DNA from: Nanobdellota archaeon
GTDB lineage: Archaea > Nanobdellota > Nanobdellia > Pacearchaeales > JAHJTO01
Direction: 5' to 3'
Assembly (NCBI GenBank): GCA_042572295.1
Contig: JBHPFA010000002.1
Location: 64,180-128,179 of the forward strand
Length of the DNA stretch: 64,000 nt
Under the pieces are notes generated by a model. The model did no database searches, was not told the DNA's origin, and saw only the letters and a list, made by a program, of their open reading frames with translations. Of the stretch, positions 41,920 through 51,050 are shown in pieces. Position 1 is the first letter of the stretch; the number at the start of each line of letters is the position of its first letter. The position numbers were made by a program, and so were the translations under genes.

Positions 41920-44900
41920 ATGAATAATTTAATGAAGAAATTAGTTATGGTATTTGTATTATTAATGGTAATTCCAGGAGTTTTAGCTTTAGGCATTTCT
42001 CCAGCAACTCCAGATACTACAGATGGTCTAACTTGTACTGGGGGAGAACAGGGATTTACTTACAAATGGTTCCATAGTTCAGTTGCAGATCCTAATTATC
42101 TAGATAGTGGGATAAGCTTACTTCCAACCCAGACTTCAAAAGGTTTAACGATTTTTTGTCAGACTTATTTTGACCTTCCTCTTGGAGGGGGTTCTGTTCC
42201 GGGAGTCTCTACAAGTATTGTGATAGGGAATGCACCACCTCTTGCTCCAGTAGTTTCATTTATTGGAGAGTCTTATTTTGCTAATTCTGCCATTAATGTT
42301 TTTGCTAATGCTACAGATCCAGATAGTGATCCTAAGACTTACTATTATACTTTCAGAAATCAAACAGCAGTATTGCAAACAGGTACTTCGAACACTTATG
42401 CCTGTTCATGGCAGAATTGTACAAAACATACAAACATTAGTGTAGAAGTTGCAACTTTTGATGGAACTGATTATTCTCTTACAAACACTACAAATTTATC
42501 CTTAATATTAAATTCAGCACCAGTTATTTCCTCATTTGTGCCTGTTAATCCAAATCTTTACATTTATGAGTTACTTAATGCTTCTTTGACTGTTACAGAT
42601 GCAGACAATGATTCTTTAGCAGCTATTTTCCAATTTTATAATTTTAATTCTTCAACTATAGTACAAGCTTTTTCAGGCGTAAATGCATATAGTCTTGCTT
42701 TATCTGATGCACATGATACTATTGGAGTTACAGTTAATGTTAGTGATCTAGATGCAGTTCCTACTCAGAGTTTCTTTAATTTGACAGTTCTTAATAGCGA
42801 TCCTATTTGGAACCTGTCAAGTGTAAGCTTTAATCAAGGTCAAACCCTTTTCCTTAATTTAAGTTTGAATGGTAGCGATTCAGATGGTGATGCTTTAAGC
42901 TTTAGTAGAGTGGATCCAGCAAATGTTACTTCAACACTTAATGGGGATAACTTGACAATTAGTTCAATAGGAAATTTTGCAGGAACACAGAATATTAACT
43001 TGACTGTTACAGATGCTTATGGGGGATCTTTGAATTATAGTTTACCAGTTACAGTTATTGATACAGGAGATCCTTTTGTGAATATTACTTCTCCAGTGGA
43101 TGGTTTTGAATATAATACTACTTCAAGAAACGCTACAATCAATTATACAATAAATGATAATGGTGTGTTAGACACTTGTTGGTATGTATCTAATTTTAAT
43201 GGAACTAATAATGTTGCTTGTGGCGGAAACTCCTTGAATTTTTATAATCTAGCTGATGGGAATTATAACTTTACTTTATTTGCAAATGATACACTGAATA
43301 ATGAAGCAAATGATACTTTGAGTTTCTCAGTATCATTAAATGATGCCCCTATTTGGAATTTGTCAAATATCAGTTTTGATCAGAATACTTCTTATTTCCT
43401 TAATATGAGTTTGAATAGTAGTGATCAAGATGGAGATCCTTTAACTTATAGTTCAGTTAGTGCAGCAAATATAACTGCAACTGTTAATGGAGATAATTTA
43501 ACAATTACACATGATACATTGTTTTTGGGAGCTCAAACAGTTAATTTGACTGTAAGTGATGGAACTTTAAGTGCTACTCAAGTTGTGTTAGTTACAATTT
43601 TAGATGCAGAAAATCCTTTTGTAAATATTACTTCTCCAGCCCTTTGGACTAATTATACCTCTACAAAGAATGTTACTGTTAATTATACTATTACAGATAA
43701 TGGTAATTTGAGTGCTTGTTGGTATAGTTTGAACGGTGGAGCGAGCCAAAGTCTAAATTGTAGTGGAAATTCTTTCAATTTCACTAACATGGCTGATCAA
43801 AACCATTCAGTTGTGGTGTATGCTAATGATTCAAGAAATAATCTTGGAAGCGATATTGTGAACTTTACAGTTGATTTTAATACAGTTCCGAGTGTTTCTT
43901 CAGTCATTTTGAATTCAGGGGCTAGAACAGCTGATGATTTAATTTGTAATTTTACATTAACAGATTTAGAACAAACTGCCTCTGATGCTTTAACTGCAAA
44001 TTATACTTGGTTTAAGGATAATGTTGCTGATTTGAGTGGAACAATCACAGCAACTAATGGAACTGCTAAGTGGATTACTCTTGATTCTGGAAATACTAGT
44101 AAGGGAGAAAATTGGACTTGTCAAATAACTTCTTTTGATAATAAAGAATATGGAAGTGTTTTGAACTCAAGTGGTTCAGTAATATTGAATACTGTTCCAG
44201 TATTGAATACAAGTATTTCAGATCCTTCTCAACCTTGGTTACAAAATACTAACAAATCAATTGATCTTACTGATGCATTCTCAGATGTTGATGGGGATGA
44301 TTTGAATTATACTGCTTCAGTTGCGCAAAACATAACTGCCTATATAGACAACTCAACAAATATGGTTATTCTAGAGCCAGATGTAGGATTTAGTGGTGTG
44401 AGGACAATTAACTTTACTGCGTGGGATGATGAAGATGGGAATATCACTTCTTTAAATGTTAACTTAAATGTAGGGGTTAGCACAATAATTGATTCTTTCA
44501 TAGCAGGAACTAATTATTCTGGAACTTTCTATCTTTCAAATGTAACTGGAGTGACTGTATCTACAATTAATATATCAAATGTTACAGGATCACCACTTAC
44601 TGTGTATAATTCTACTGTATTCAATTCAACTATAATTGATTCTGAGTTGTTTAATTGTATTGTTCTTGATTCAAGATTAGAAGGAATGTTCTGTTCGGAT
44701 GCTTTTATTGACCCTTCAGATGTTAAATATAGCAATATCACTGGAAGTAATATAACAGATTCTCACGTTTGGTATAGTAATGTGACCTATTCTAATGTAA
44801 GTCTTTCAAGTATCGATAATTCAACTGTGACAGGTGCCAATGTTAATGATTCTAATGTAAGCTTGTCTATAGTTACTGGAGATTCCAATTTAGAGAATGC

Positions 44901-46362
44901 AATAGTTATTCTTTCAAATTTAACAGATACAAATGTAACTGATTCAACATTAACAAATGTCACAGCAATTGGTTCAACTATATTTAATTCAACAATTGCC
45001 AATAACACTTTGAACTTTGCAAATGTTTCTAATGGTGTGCTTTACAATGGAACTATGTTGTTACAGAATGGATCAGTCTATAATGCTTCTGATGTTGGCC
45101 AACAAAATTTAACAAGTTTGGTTAATTCTCCCCCTATTGCGAATATTTTTGCTCCTTTAGACTTAAGCAGCCATGATAATGGTGTTACAATAGTGTTTAA
45201 TGCAACTGGAAGTACTGATGTGAATATTGGTGGATTATTGGCTGATAATATTACTTATAATTGGGACTTTGGAAATGGTGTAAGTGTCAATACGACTAAT
45301 GTGACTCATTCCTATACTTATACTGTAGATGGGCCTTATAATGTTACTTTGACAGTTACTGATAATTATAATGAAACAGATACGGATATGATTGGTATAA
45401 CTGTTTCTACCCCCGTTGTACCTCCAATAATTCCTGGAGGAAGTCCTGGTGGAAGTACAAATGATAATGGAGAAGAAGTAACATTATCTAAAGGACAGAC
45501 TAAAAGACTTTCTCAAAATGGATATATTAGATTTAAGTTCTTAAATGAGTTCCATAAAGTTACATTAGAGAGGATTTATTCTGACTTTGTTAAAGTTAAA
45601 GTAGAATCTACACCACAAACTGGAATATTGAAAGTAAATGATGTAGGAAAGTTTGATTTGAATGATGATGGAACGTATGATCTTAAACTTACACTTACAA
45701 AATTAACCTCTTCAATTGCTACATTCAGATTTGAATCAACATCTGAGAAGATTGTAGTAGATGAGCCTGAACCAGAAGCAGAAGCAGGAAATGAAACAGC
45801 TGAGGAAGAACCTGAAATAGAAGAAGAAAAAGAAGAAGGCAAGATTAGCAAATGGTGGAATACTATTACTGGAAAAGCGAGTTCTAGTTGGAATAGTGCT
45901 AAAGAGTTTTCAATCCATGAGAAGTTTAAGAACTTCTGGACTTGGTTAAAGGAGAAATTCAGTAAAGATGAAGTAGAAGCAGGAAATGAAACAGCTGAGG
46001 AAGAACCTGAAATAGAAGAAGAAAAAGAAGAAGGCAAGATAAGCAAATGGTGGAAAAATCTTACTACGAAAGTAAAAGACTTTACTTCAAAAGTAAAAGA
46101 CTTTTTATCCAACAATAAGAAAAACTTAATCCCTGCTGCTATAGGGGTAGTTGTTCTTGGATTCTTAGGATGGGTCTTATTCAAATTAAAGAAAGGAAAT
46201 CAACCAGTTAAATCAAAAGTCAGACCTCTTGTTGGTGGGGAGAAAGAAGTCCCAGTAGAAAAGAAAAAGAAATGGAAAAATCCAATTAAAGTTGTGGGCA
46301 ATGCTATAAGAAATAGTTTGGTTAAGGTTTTAGAAAAGCTATTAAATAAATTAAAAAAGTAA
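41920..46362 (+). CDS. Giant (~1480 aa) cell-surface glycoprotein/adhesin with Ig/cadherin-like repeats, beta-helix-like region, PKD domain and C-terminal TM anchor
   Basis: Signal peptide MNNLMKKLVMVFVLLMVIPGVLALG and very many N-x-S/T sequons. A ~180-aa two-domain unit is repeated (DPIWNLSSVSF.../APIWNLSNISF...). PKD-like NWDFGNG...YNVTLTVTD; anchor AAIGVVVLGFLGWVLF plus a basic tail. The ATG lies 2 nt after the upstream stop. Confidence 0.75.
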   Translation: MNNLMKKLVMVFVLLMVIPGVLALGISPATPDTTDGLTCTGGEQGFTYKWFHSSVADPNYLDSGISLLPTQTSKGLTIFCQTYFDLPLGGGSVPGVSTSIVIGNAPPLAPVVSFIGESYFANSAINVFANATDPDSDPKTYYYTFRNQTAVLQTGTSNTYACSWQNCTKHTNISVEVATFDGTDYSLTNTTNLSLILNSAPVISSFVPVNPNLYIYELLNASLTVTDADNDSLAAIFQFYNFNSSTIVQAFSGVNAYSLALSDAHDTIGVTVNVSDLDAVPTQSFFNLTVLNSDPIWNLSSVSFNQGQTLFLNLSLNGSDSDGDALSFSRVDPANVTSTLNGDNLTISSIGNFAGTQNINLTVTDAYGGSLNYSLPVTVIDTGDPFVNITSPVDGFEYNTTSRNATINYTINDNGVLDTCWYVSNFNGTNNVACGGNSLNFYNLADGNYNFTLFANDTLNNEANDTLSFSVSLNDAPIWNLSNISFDQNTSYFLNMSLNSSDQDGDPLTYSSVSAANITATVNGDNLTITHDTLFLGAQTVNLTVSDGTLSATQVVLVTILDAENPFVNITSPALWTNYTSTKNVTVNYTITDNGNLSACWYSLNGGASQSLNCSGNSFNFTNMADQNHSVVVYANDSRNNLGSDIVNFTVDFNTVPSVSSVILNSGARTADDLICNFTLTDLEQTASDALTANYTWFKDNVADLSGTITATNGTAKWITLDSGNTSKGENWTCQITSFDNKEYGSVLNSSGSVILNTVPVLNTSISDPSQPWLQNTNKSIDLTDAFSDVDGDDLNYTASVAQNITAYIDNSTNMVILEPDVGFSGVRTINFTAWDDEDGNITSLNVNLNVGVSTIIDSFIAGTNYSGTFYLSNVTGVTVSTINISNVTGSPLTVYNSTVFNSTIIDSELFNCIVLDSRLEGMFCSDAFIDPSDVKYSNITGSNITDSHVWYSNVTYSNVSLSSIDNSTVTGANVNDSNVSLSIVTGDSNLENAIVILSNLTDTNVTDSTLTNVTAIGSTIFNSTIANNTLNFANVSNGVLYNGTMLLQNGSVYNASDVGQQNLTSLVNSPPIANIFAPLDLSSHDNGVTIVFNATGSTDVNIGGLLADNITYNWDFGNGVSVNTTNVTHSYTYTVDGPYNVTLTVTDNYNETDTDMIGITVSTPVVPPIIPGGSPGGSTNDNGEEVTLSKGQTKRLSQNGYIRFKFLNEFHKVTLERIYSDFVKVKVESTPQTGILKVNDVGKFDLNDDGTYDLKLTLTKLTSSIATFRFESTSEKIVVDEPEPEAEAGNETAEEEPEIEEEKEEGKISKWWNTITGKASSSWNSAKEFSIHEKFKNFWTWLKEKFSKDEVEAGNETAEEEPEIEEEKEEGKISKWWKNLTTKVKDFTSKVKDFLSNNKKNLIPAAIGVVVLGFLGWVLFKLKKGNQPVKSKVRPLVGGEKEVPVEKKKKWKNPIKVVGNAIRNSLVKVLEKLLNKLKK
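45781..45859 (+). repeat. 79-bp intragenic direct repeat, copy 1
   Basis: gaagcaggaaatgaaacagctgaggaagaacctgaaatagaagaagaaaaagaagaaggcaagat[t/a]agcaaatggtggaa; one mismatch to 45976-46054. Encodes EAGNETAEEEPEIEEEKEEGKISKWW. Confidence 0.9.
45976..46054 (+). repeat. 79-bp intragenic direct repeat, copy 2
   Basis: See copy 1. The offset is 195 bp (65 codons, in frame). Confidence 0.9.
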
Positions 46363-46399
46363 ACGATAACTTTATAATTCTTAATTCTCCGGAGTGATT

Positions 46400-47788
46400 A
46401 TGTATTTCCATGTATTATTAGGAACAGAATGCAATTCTCAATGCAGATATTGTTATACTAAGAGCTGCAATGATTTTGGAAACGATCTTTCCAAGAAATT
46501 TAAAATAGATTTCTCAATGCCTCCAAAGCTTGAGTATTCTATTGAAGATTTGAAGAAGTTTGTTAAAGCTGAAGAAGGAAAAAGTCCTCATGTATTGACT
46601 TTTTATGGTGGAGAGCCTTTAATGCATATAGAAAAGATAAAAGAGACTATGGATTCTATTGATGCGAGGTATATGATTCAGACTAATGGGTTGTTGTTAG
46701 ATAAGTTGGGTAAGGAATATGTCAATCGTTTTGATATTATGCTTATTTCCCTTGATGGAGATAAAGCGATAACTGATTTTAATAGGGGCAAAGGAACTTA
46801 TGAGAGAGTCATGAAGAATATTGATTTGATTAAGAAGAATGGATTCAAAGGAGAGCTGATTGCAAGAATGGTGGTTGATGAACATTCTATGTTGTCAAAA
46901 CAAGTAAAACATTTAGTTGATGTAGGATTTACCTCTATTCATTGGCAATTGGATGCAGGGTTTAAGGTGAAGATTCTTTTGGCTGATATTCATGGGGCAT
47001 TAGATAATACTCCTTGGGATGTTTTAGAGAGAAGATATGGTTATTATGAAGCAGTTATTCCGACATTGATTAAATCAATGGGTGTAGATATTAAGGATTT
47101 GGAGATTGTTAAGGGAAGCACTTTTCAATTAAAGAAAGAATTTATGTATGATGTTTTAAGATTTTCAACATTTGCTTCAATGCATGATACTCATAAAGCT
47201 GCATCAGAAGTTGTTAAGCAAGGAGATAATCCAAAACTTGCTGGTTTGATTTATCCAGTAATGCAAGCTTTAGATGAGGTTTATTTAGAAGCTGATGCAC
47301 AACTTGGAGGAACAGATCAAAGAAAGATTTTTGTTTTAGCAAGAGAGACTTTGCCTAAGTTAGGGTATAAACCTAGGGTAGAAGTTATTAATCCTTTTAT
47401 TCCAGGACTTATTGGGAAGAAGATGTCTTCTTCTATTGAGAAATCTAAGATTGATTTCTTGGATGATGAGAAGACCGTTTTGGAAAAAGTGAAAAGTGCA
47501 GATTTTGTTGCAGGAAGTTCAGATAATGGAGTTATGGCCTTTTTGAAATATATTGTTTTTACTCTTAAAGGGGATAAAAAAGAGAAGTTTGTTATTGAAA
47601 GGCCCGAAAAGTACGGAGGGAATTTAGAATTCTCTAAATATGAAGAAGTTGAGAAATTAGTTCTTGATAAAAAGATACATCCTCTTGATTTGAAGAATGC
47701 TGTTGCTAAAGAAGTAAATAATTTATTGGTTTTATTCAGAAAAAATAAAGCAAAATTTGAAAAATTAGCTAAAATAGCTTATAGTTAA
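46400..47788 (+). CDS. Chimeric ORF: radical SAM core (N-terminal ~187 aa) fused in frame to an N-terminally truncated archaeal-type tyrosyl-tRNA synthetase
   Basis: CNSQCRYC (46430-46453), FYGGEPL and radical SAM core strands. From about 46961, KVKILLADIHGALDN..., IYPVMQALDE, GGTDQRKI, KMSSS (47420-47434), RPEKYGGNLEF and HPLDLKNAVA match TyrRS. The HIGH motif and first ~60 TyrRS residues are absent. Confidence 0.7.
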   Translation: MYFHVLLGTECNSQCRYCYTKSCNDFGNDLSKKFKIDFSMPPKLEYSIEDLKKFVKAEEGKSPHVLTFYGGEPLMHIEKIKETMDSIDARYMIQTNGLLLDKLGKEYVNRFDIMLISLDGDKAITDFNRGKGTYERVMKNIDLIKKNGFKGELIARMVVDEHSMLSKQVKHLVDVGFTSIHWQLDAGFKVKILLADIHGALDNTPWDVLERRYGYYEAVIPTLIKSMGVDIKDLEIVKGSTFQLKKEFMYDVLRFSTFASMHDTHKAASEVVKQGDNPKLAGLIYPVMQALDEVYLEADAQLGGTDQRKIFVLARETLPKLGYKPRVEVINPFIPGLIGKKMSSSIEKSKIDFLDDEKTVLEKVKSADFVAGSSDNGVMAFLKYIVFTLKGDKKEKFVIERPEKYGGNLEFSKYEEVEKLVLDKKIHPLDLKNAVAKEVNNLLVLFRKNKAKFEKLAKIAYS

Positions 47789-48207
47789 TTAAAAAGATTT
47801 CTTGGATTAGTAGTTTGTTGTGGAGGGTTTAAATCTTTTCTCCATTTTTGAATTAATTCAAATGCTTCTAATTGATCCATCTTTAATTTGTCCCTTAGAT
47901 GTGTGAGGGTTTCACCTTCACCCTTTTTTTGTTCCTTGAATAGTTGTTCAAGTTCTTCTTTAGGGATTACTCTGTTCTTTTCTTCCCAAGCTAAACGTTT
48001 TGGAGTTTTTGCCCCACATTCAGGACAGAAGTTTTCAGTTCCATTCATTTCTAGGCTACAACCCTTACATAATTTTGGAAGTTCTGTCTTTTTTTCTATG
48101 ACTGTTTTGTATCCTGCACGGTTTCCAGAAACAAGTTTGGAAAAAGCATCTGTTATGACTCCTTCCTTTTGATACTGTCTTAAATCCCTACAACTTCCAC
48201 CACTCAT
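47785..48207 (-). CDS. Zinc-ribbon protein (140 aa)
   Basis: CKGCSLEMNGTENFCPECGAKTP (CxxC...CxxC) plus a helical C-terminal half. Confidence 0.5.
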   Translation of the reverse strand: MSGGSCRDLRQYQKEGVITDAFSKLVSGNRAGYKTVIEKKTELPKLCKGCSLEMNGTENFCPECGAKTPKRLAWEEKNRVIPKEELEQLFKEQKKGEGETLTHLRDKLKMDQLEAFELIQKWRKDLNPPQQTTNPRNLFN

Positions 48208-48278
48208 TTTAATGCAAGATTATTAGATAATTTGACTTATTTAAAGTTTATTGTATTTTCTAATTTCCCGACGAAGGA

Positions 48279-49190
48279 TTATCTTAAATGGAGCTCTACA
48301 ATGTCTTTATCCTTTAATCTATGTTCTATACCCACACCTTGTCCGGGGAATTTTGCAGATTTTCCCCAGATTTTTGCAAATTTAAATTTTCTTAGGAAAT
48401 CTTTATGGACTTTGCTGGCCATGTCTTCTATTTTTGATCCTTCATTTAGAACTAATGGCTGTTTTGTGTGTTCTTTTCCCGGCTCTTTTGTATATACTCT
48501 TATCAGTTCAAGGTCTTCAAATATCTTCTTTTTTAATTCGTCTAGTCCTTCTCCAGTTTTAGCAGAAATTTTAAACGCATTCTTGAATAAAGATAATTTT
48601 TTTATTTCACTTTCTGGAAGAATGTCTGATTTATTTATTAGGAATATTTTTGGAGTAAAAGTATTTTCTTTTTTTAAGTAAGTTGAGATTTTGCTTAATT
48701 CTGGAAGAGATGTTGCTAATATCAAAACAATTTCTGCAACCTTTGCAACACTCAACCATTCACGAAAATCTTCTCCTATTGTTAATGGTGGAAGCTCTAC
48801 TGTTTGAACATTTATTCCTCCAAGGTTTAAAGTTCCAATCTCTGGTTTGGTTGTTGTGAATGGATAATCTTCTATTTGGGGTTTGGCATTTGTTAATTTA
48901 GTTAGGAGAGTACTTTTTCCAGAATTTGGAAAACCAATTATTACTATTTGAGCATCTCCTTCTTTTTTAACACCTGTAGAACGACCTCTTTTTTTAGTGC
49001 CTTCTTTTTTTAATTCCTTTTTTAATTTTGATAATCTGCTTCTTAGTCCTGCAAGCAAGTTTTCAGAACCTTTGTGTTTTGGGGCATGCTTGATCATCTC
49101 TTCTAATCCAGCAATTTTTTCTTCTGTTGTTATGGCGGCTAGGAATTGCTTTGAAGCCACACCATATTCAGGTCCTGCGTTAATTGGCAT
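48279..49190 (-). CDS. Obg/DRG-family GTPase with C-terminal TGS domain
   Basis: G1 GFPNSGKST, G2 FTT, G4 NKSD and the TGS-like IRVYTKEPGK...GQGVGIEHRLKDKDIVEL. Confidence 0.85.
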   Translation of the reverse strand: MPINAGPEYGVASKQFLAAITTEEKIAGLEEMIKHAPKHKGSENLLAGLRSRLSKLKKELKKEGTKKRGRSTGVKKEGDAQIVIIGFPNSGKSTLLTKLTNAKPQIEDYPFTTTKPEIGTLNLGGINVQTVELPPLTIGEDFREWLSVAKVAEIVLILATSLPELSKISTYLKKENTFTPKIFLINKSDILPESEIKKLSLFKNAFKISAKTGEGLDELKKKIFEDLELIRVYTKEPGKEHTKQPLVLNEGSKIEDMASKVHKDFLRKFKFAKIWGKSAKFPGQGVGIEHRLKDKDIVELHLR

Positions 49191-49202
49191 AGAAATATGA
49201 TT

Positions 49203-49357
49203 AGGAGCCCATTGATAAATTTAACGTTGTTACTCAGTTATCTCTTTTTTGCTTGTTTTGTCTCTTTCAGCTGGAAGGTTTCTTTTAATTTTCTCTTTAA
49301 GGCTAAGTTACTGCGGTTTAGTCGGAAATGCTTGTCTTCTGCGTTATCTGGGCTCCT
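49203..49357. repeat. 155-bp element bounded by 14-bp terminal inverted repeats
   Basis: AGGAGCCCA-tt-GATAA (49203-49218) pairs with TTATC-TGGGCTCCT (49344-49357). It could be a long hairpin RNA or a MITE-like element; it overlaps the likely promoter of the GTPase gene. Confidence 0.5.
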
Positions 49358-49454
49358 TTATTGTTTTACTAACTGTTTATTTCAAACTTAAAACTCCTTT
49401 TATCTATTTTCTCTAAATCTCCTAATATCTGCTGTTTATGTAGGAGCATGAATC

Positions 49455-49710
49455 TTCCAAAAAAGTGATTTTGAAGATATTTGCATCTAAGCAAAACATA
49501 AAGATACATTGCGTAGTACATCCTTGAGGGTATTAGCTGAGGCATTCTAAACCTTGAAGATAAGGGGAGGCGACTGGATAAAATTTACCAGTGAGAATTA
49601 AGACGTAGTCTCCGCTATCCTCTTCAGTTTCACTCTCAAGAAAAACCTGGATTGGGTCCATGAGCATGATTTCCCTTAGCCCGTGGATCCCTCCAGCTAA
49701 CTTCTTTTTT
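49455..49710. ncRNA. Candidate structured non-coding RNA (unassigned; RNase P RNA is one hypothesis if read on the minus strand)
   Basis: No credible ORF. Hand count gives about 44% G+C over 49501-49700 against AT-rich flanks. A long-range helix pairs TTAGCTG(A)GG (about 49533-49542) with CCTCCAGCTAA (about 49690-49700). T-runs lie at both ends. On the minus strand, a TATA-like tataaata lies ~23 nt upstream and there are GAGAGTGAAAC / GGAGGGATCCACGGGC motifs. Confidence 0.35.
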
Positions 49711-49822
49711 CAATACGTTTAAACTATTTATATCCTCTGAAAAGGGGTTGTTACTCGAGAATTAAGGCATTTGATGTTAAGGCTAAAATAGGTTTTAAAT
49801 ACCTTTTTGGTCTTAAATCTTG

Positions 49823-51049
49823 ATGCCAAAAGTGGATAAATTCTATAGGCAGGTTTTGCCTAATGGTCTAAAAGTTATCTTTGAAAGGAGAGATATTCCA
49901 TTAGTTGTGACTATGGCTGCTACTAAATTTGGTTCTGGCTATGAGCCTGCTGGGATTAAAGGGATTGCTCATTTAATGGAGCATACTGTTTTTAGGCGTA
50001 CAAAAACAAGGACTTCTCAAGAAGTCACTTCTTTGATTGAGAATCAAGGAGGGAAGCTTAATGCTTTTACTGATGATACTATAACTGCTTATTATTCTAA
50101 ATTAAGGTCTGATCATTTTGAAATAGGTATGGATGTGATTTCTGATATTGCTCTTAATCCTGCTCTAATGAAAAGAGATATGGATATGGAGAAAAAGATT
50201 GTTTTGCAAGAGATAAAGATGAATCACGATAATCCTGCAAGGCATGCTTTGCATAAATTGATTGAACAACTGTATGCAAATCCCTTTGGGATGTCTGGAT
50301 TAGGGACTCCTGAGACTGTTTCAAGGATTACTAAGACAATGATGCAGAAATATCATAGTATTTACTATAGTCCTTCAAATATGGTCATGTCTGTTGTGGG
50401 GAAAGCAGAGGTGGATCATATCTGGAATTTGTCTAGAAAGTATTTTATGAAGAAATCAGTTCAAAGGCAGATTGATAAAATACAAAAGCCTACAATTAGT
50501 GCTGGGCCTTTTGGAAACTATATTGAAAAAAGAAGAGAAATGGATCAAGCACATGTAATGTTGGGTTATCATATGCCTACTTTACAAAATAAATTAAGAT
50601 ATGCTGCTGAGATTTTTAATAATATTCTGGGATGTGGGTTCACTTCTAAATTGTTCCAACAAATTAGGGAGAAAAGAGGCTTGGCTTATGCAGTCTATAG
50701 CGATGTTTCTCAAGATGTAGATTATGCTTTAGGATATATCTATATGGGGACTGATAAAGAGAAAGCTGATTCTGCCACTAAATTGGCTCTGGCTGAATTA
50801 AAGAAGATGCAGAAGATTGATATTAAAGAAGTGAATGAGGCTAAAGAGAGATTGATTGGAAAGTATGCCTTGAAGAATGAGAATAGTGAAGATGTTGCTC
50901 TGAATCTGTTGATGGAAGAGCTGAATGGGGACGGAAAGAATTATTATAAGTATGTTGCAAATGTTTCTGAAGTTAAATTAGAAGATGTTAGACAAGTTGC
51001 GAAGATTGCTCAAATTGCTTCTTCTATGATTCTCCCAGAAGATAAATAA
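49823..51049 (+). CDS. M16-family (pitrilysin/insulinase-like) zinc peptidase
   Basis: Inverted zinc motif HLMEH plus a downstream E, and a two-lobed M16 layout. Confidence 0.88.
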   Translation: MPKVDKFYRQVLPNGLKVIFERRDIPLVVTMAATKFGSGYEPAGIKGIAHLMEHTVFRRTKTRTSQEVTSLIENQGGKLNAFTDDTITAYYSKLRSDHFEIGMDVISDIALNPALMKRDMDMEKKIVLQEIKMNHDNPARHALHKLIEQLYANPFGMSGLGTPETVSRITKTMMQKYHSIYYSPSNMVMSVVGKAEVDHIWNLSRKYFMKKSVQRQIDKIQKPTISAGPFGNYIEKRREMDQAHVMLGYHMPTLQNKLRYAAEIFNNILGCGFTSKLFQQIREKRGLAYAVYSDVSQDVDYALGYIYMGTDKEKADSATKLALAELKKMQKIDIKEVNEAKERLIGKYALKNENSEDVALNLLMEELNGDGKNYYKYVANVSEVKLEDVRQVAKIAQIASSMILPEDK

Positions 51050-51050
51050 A

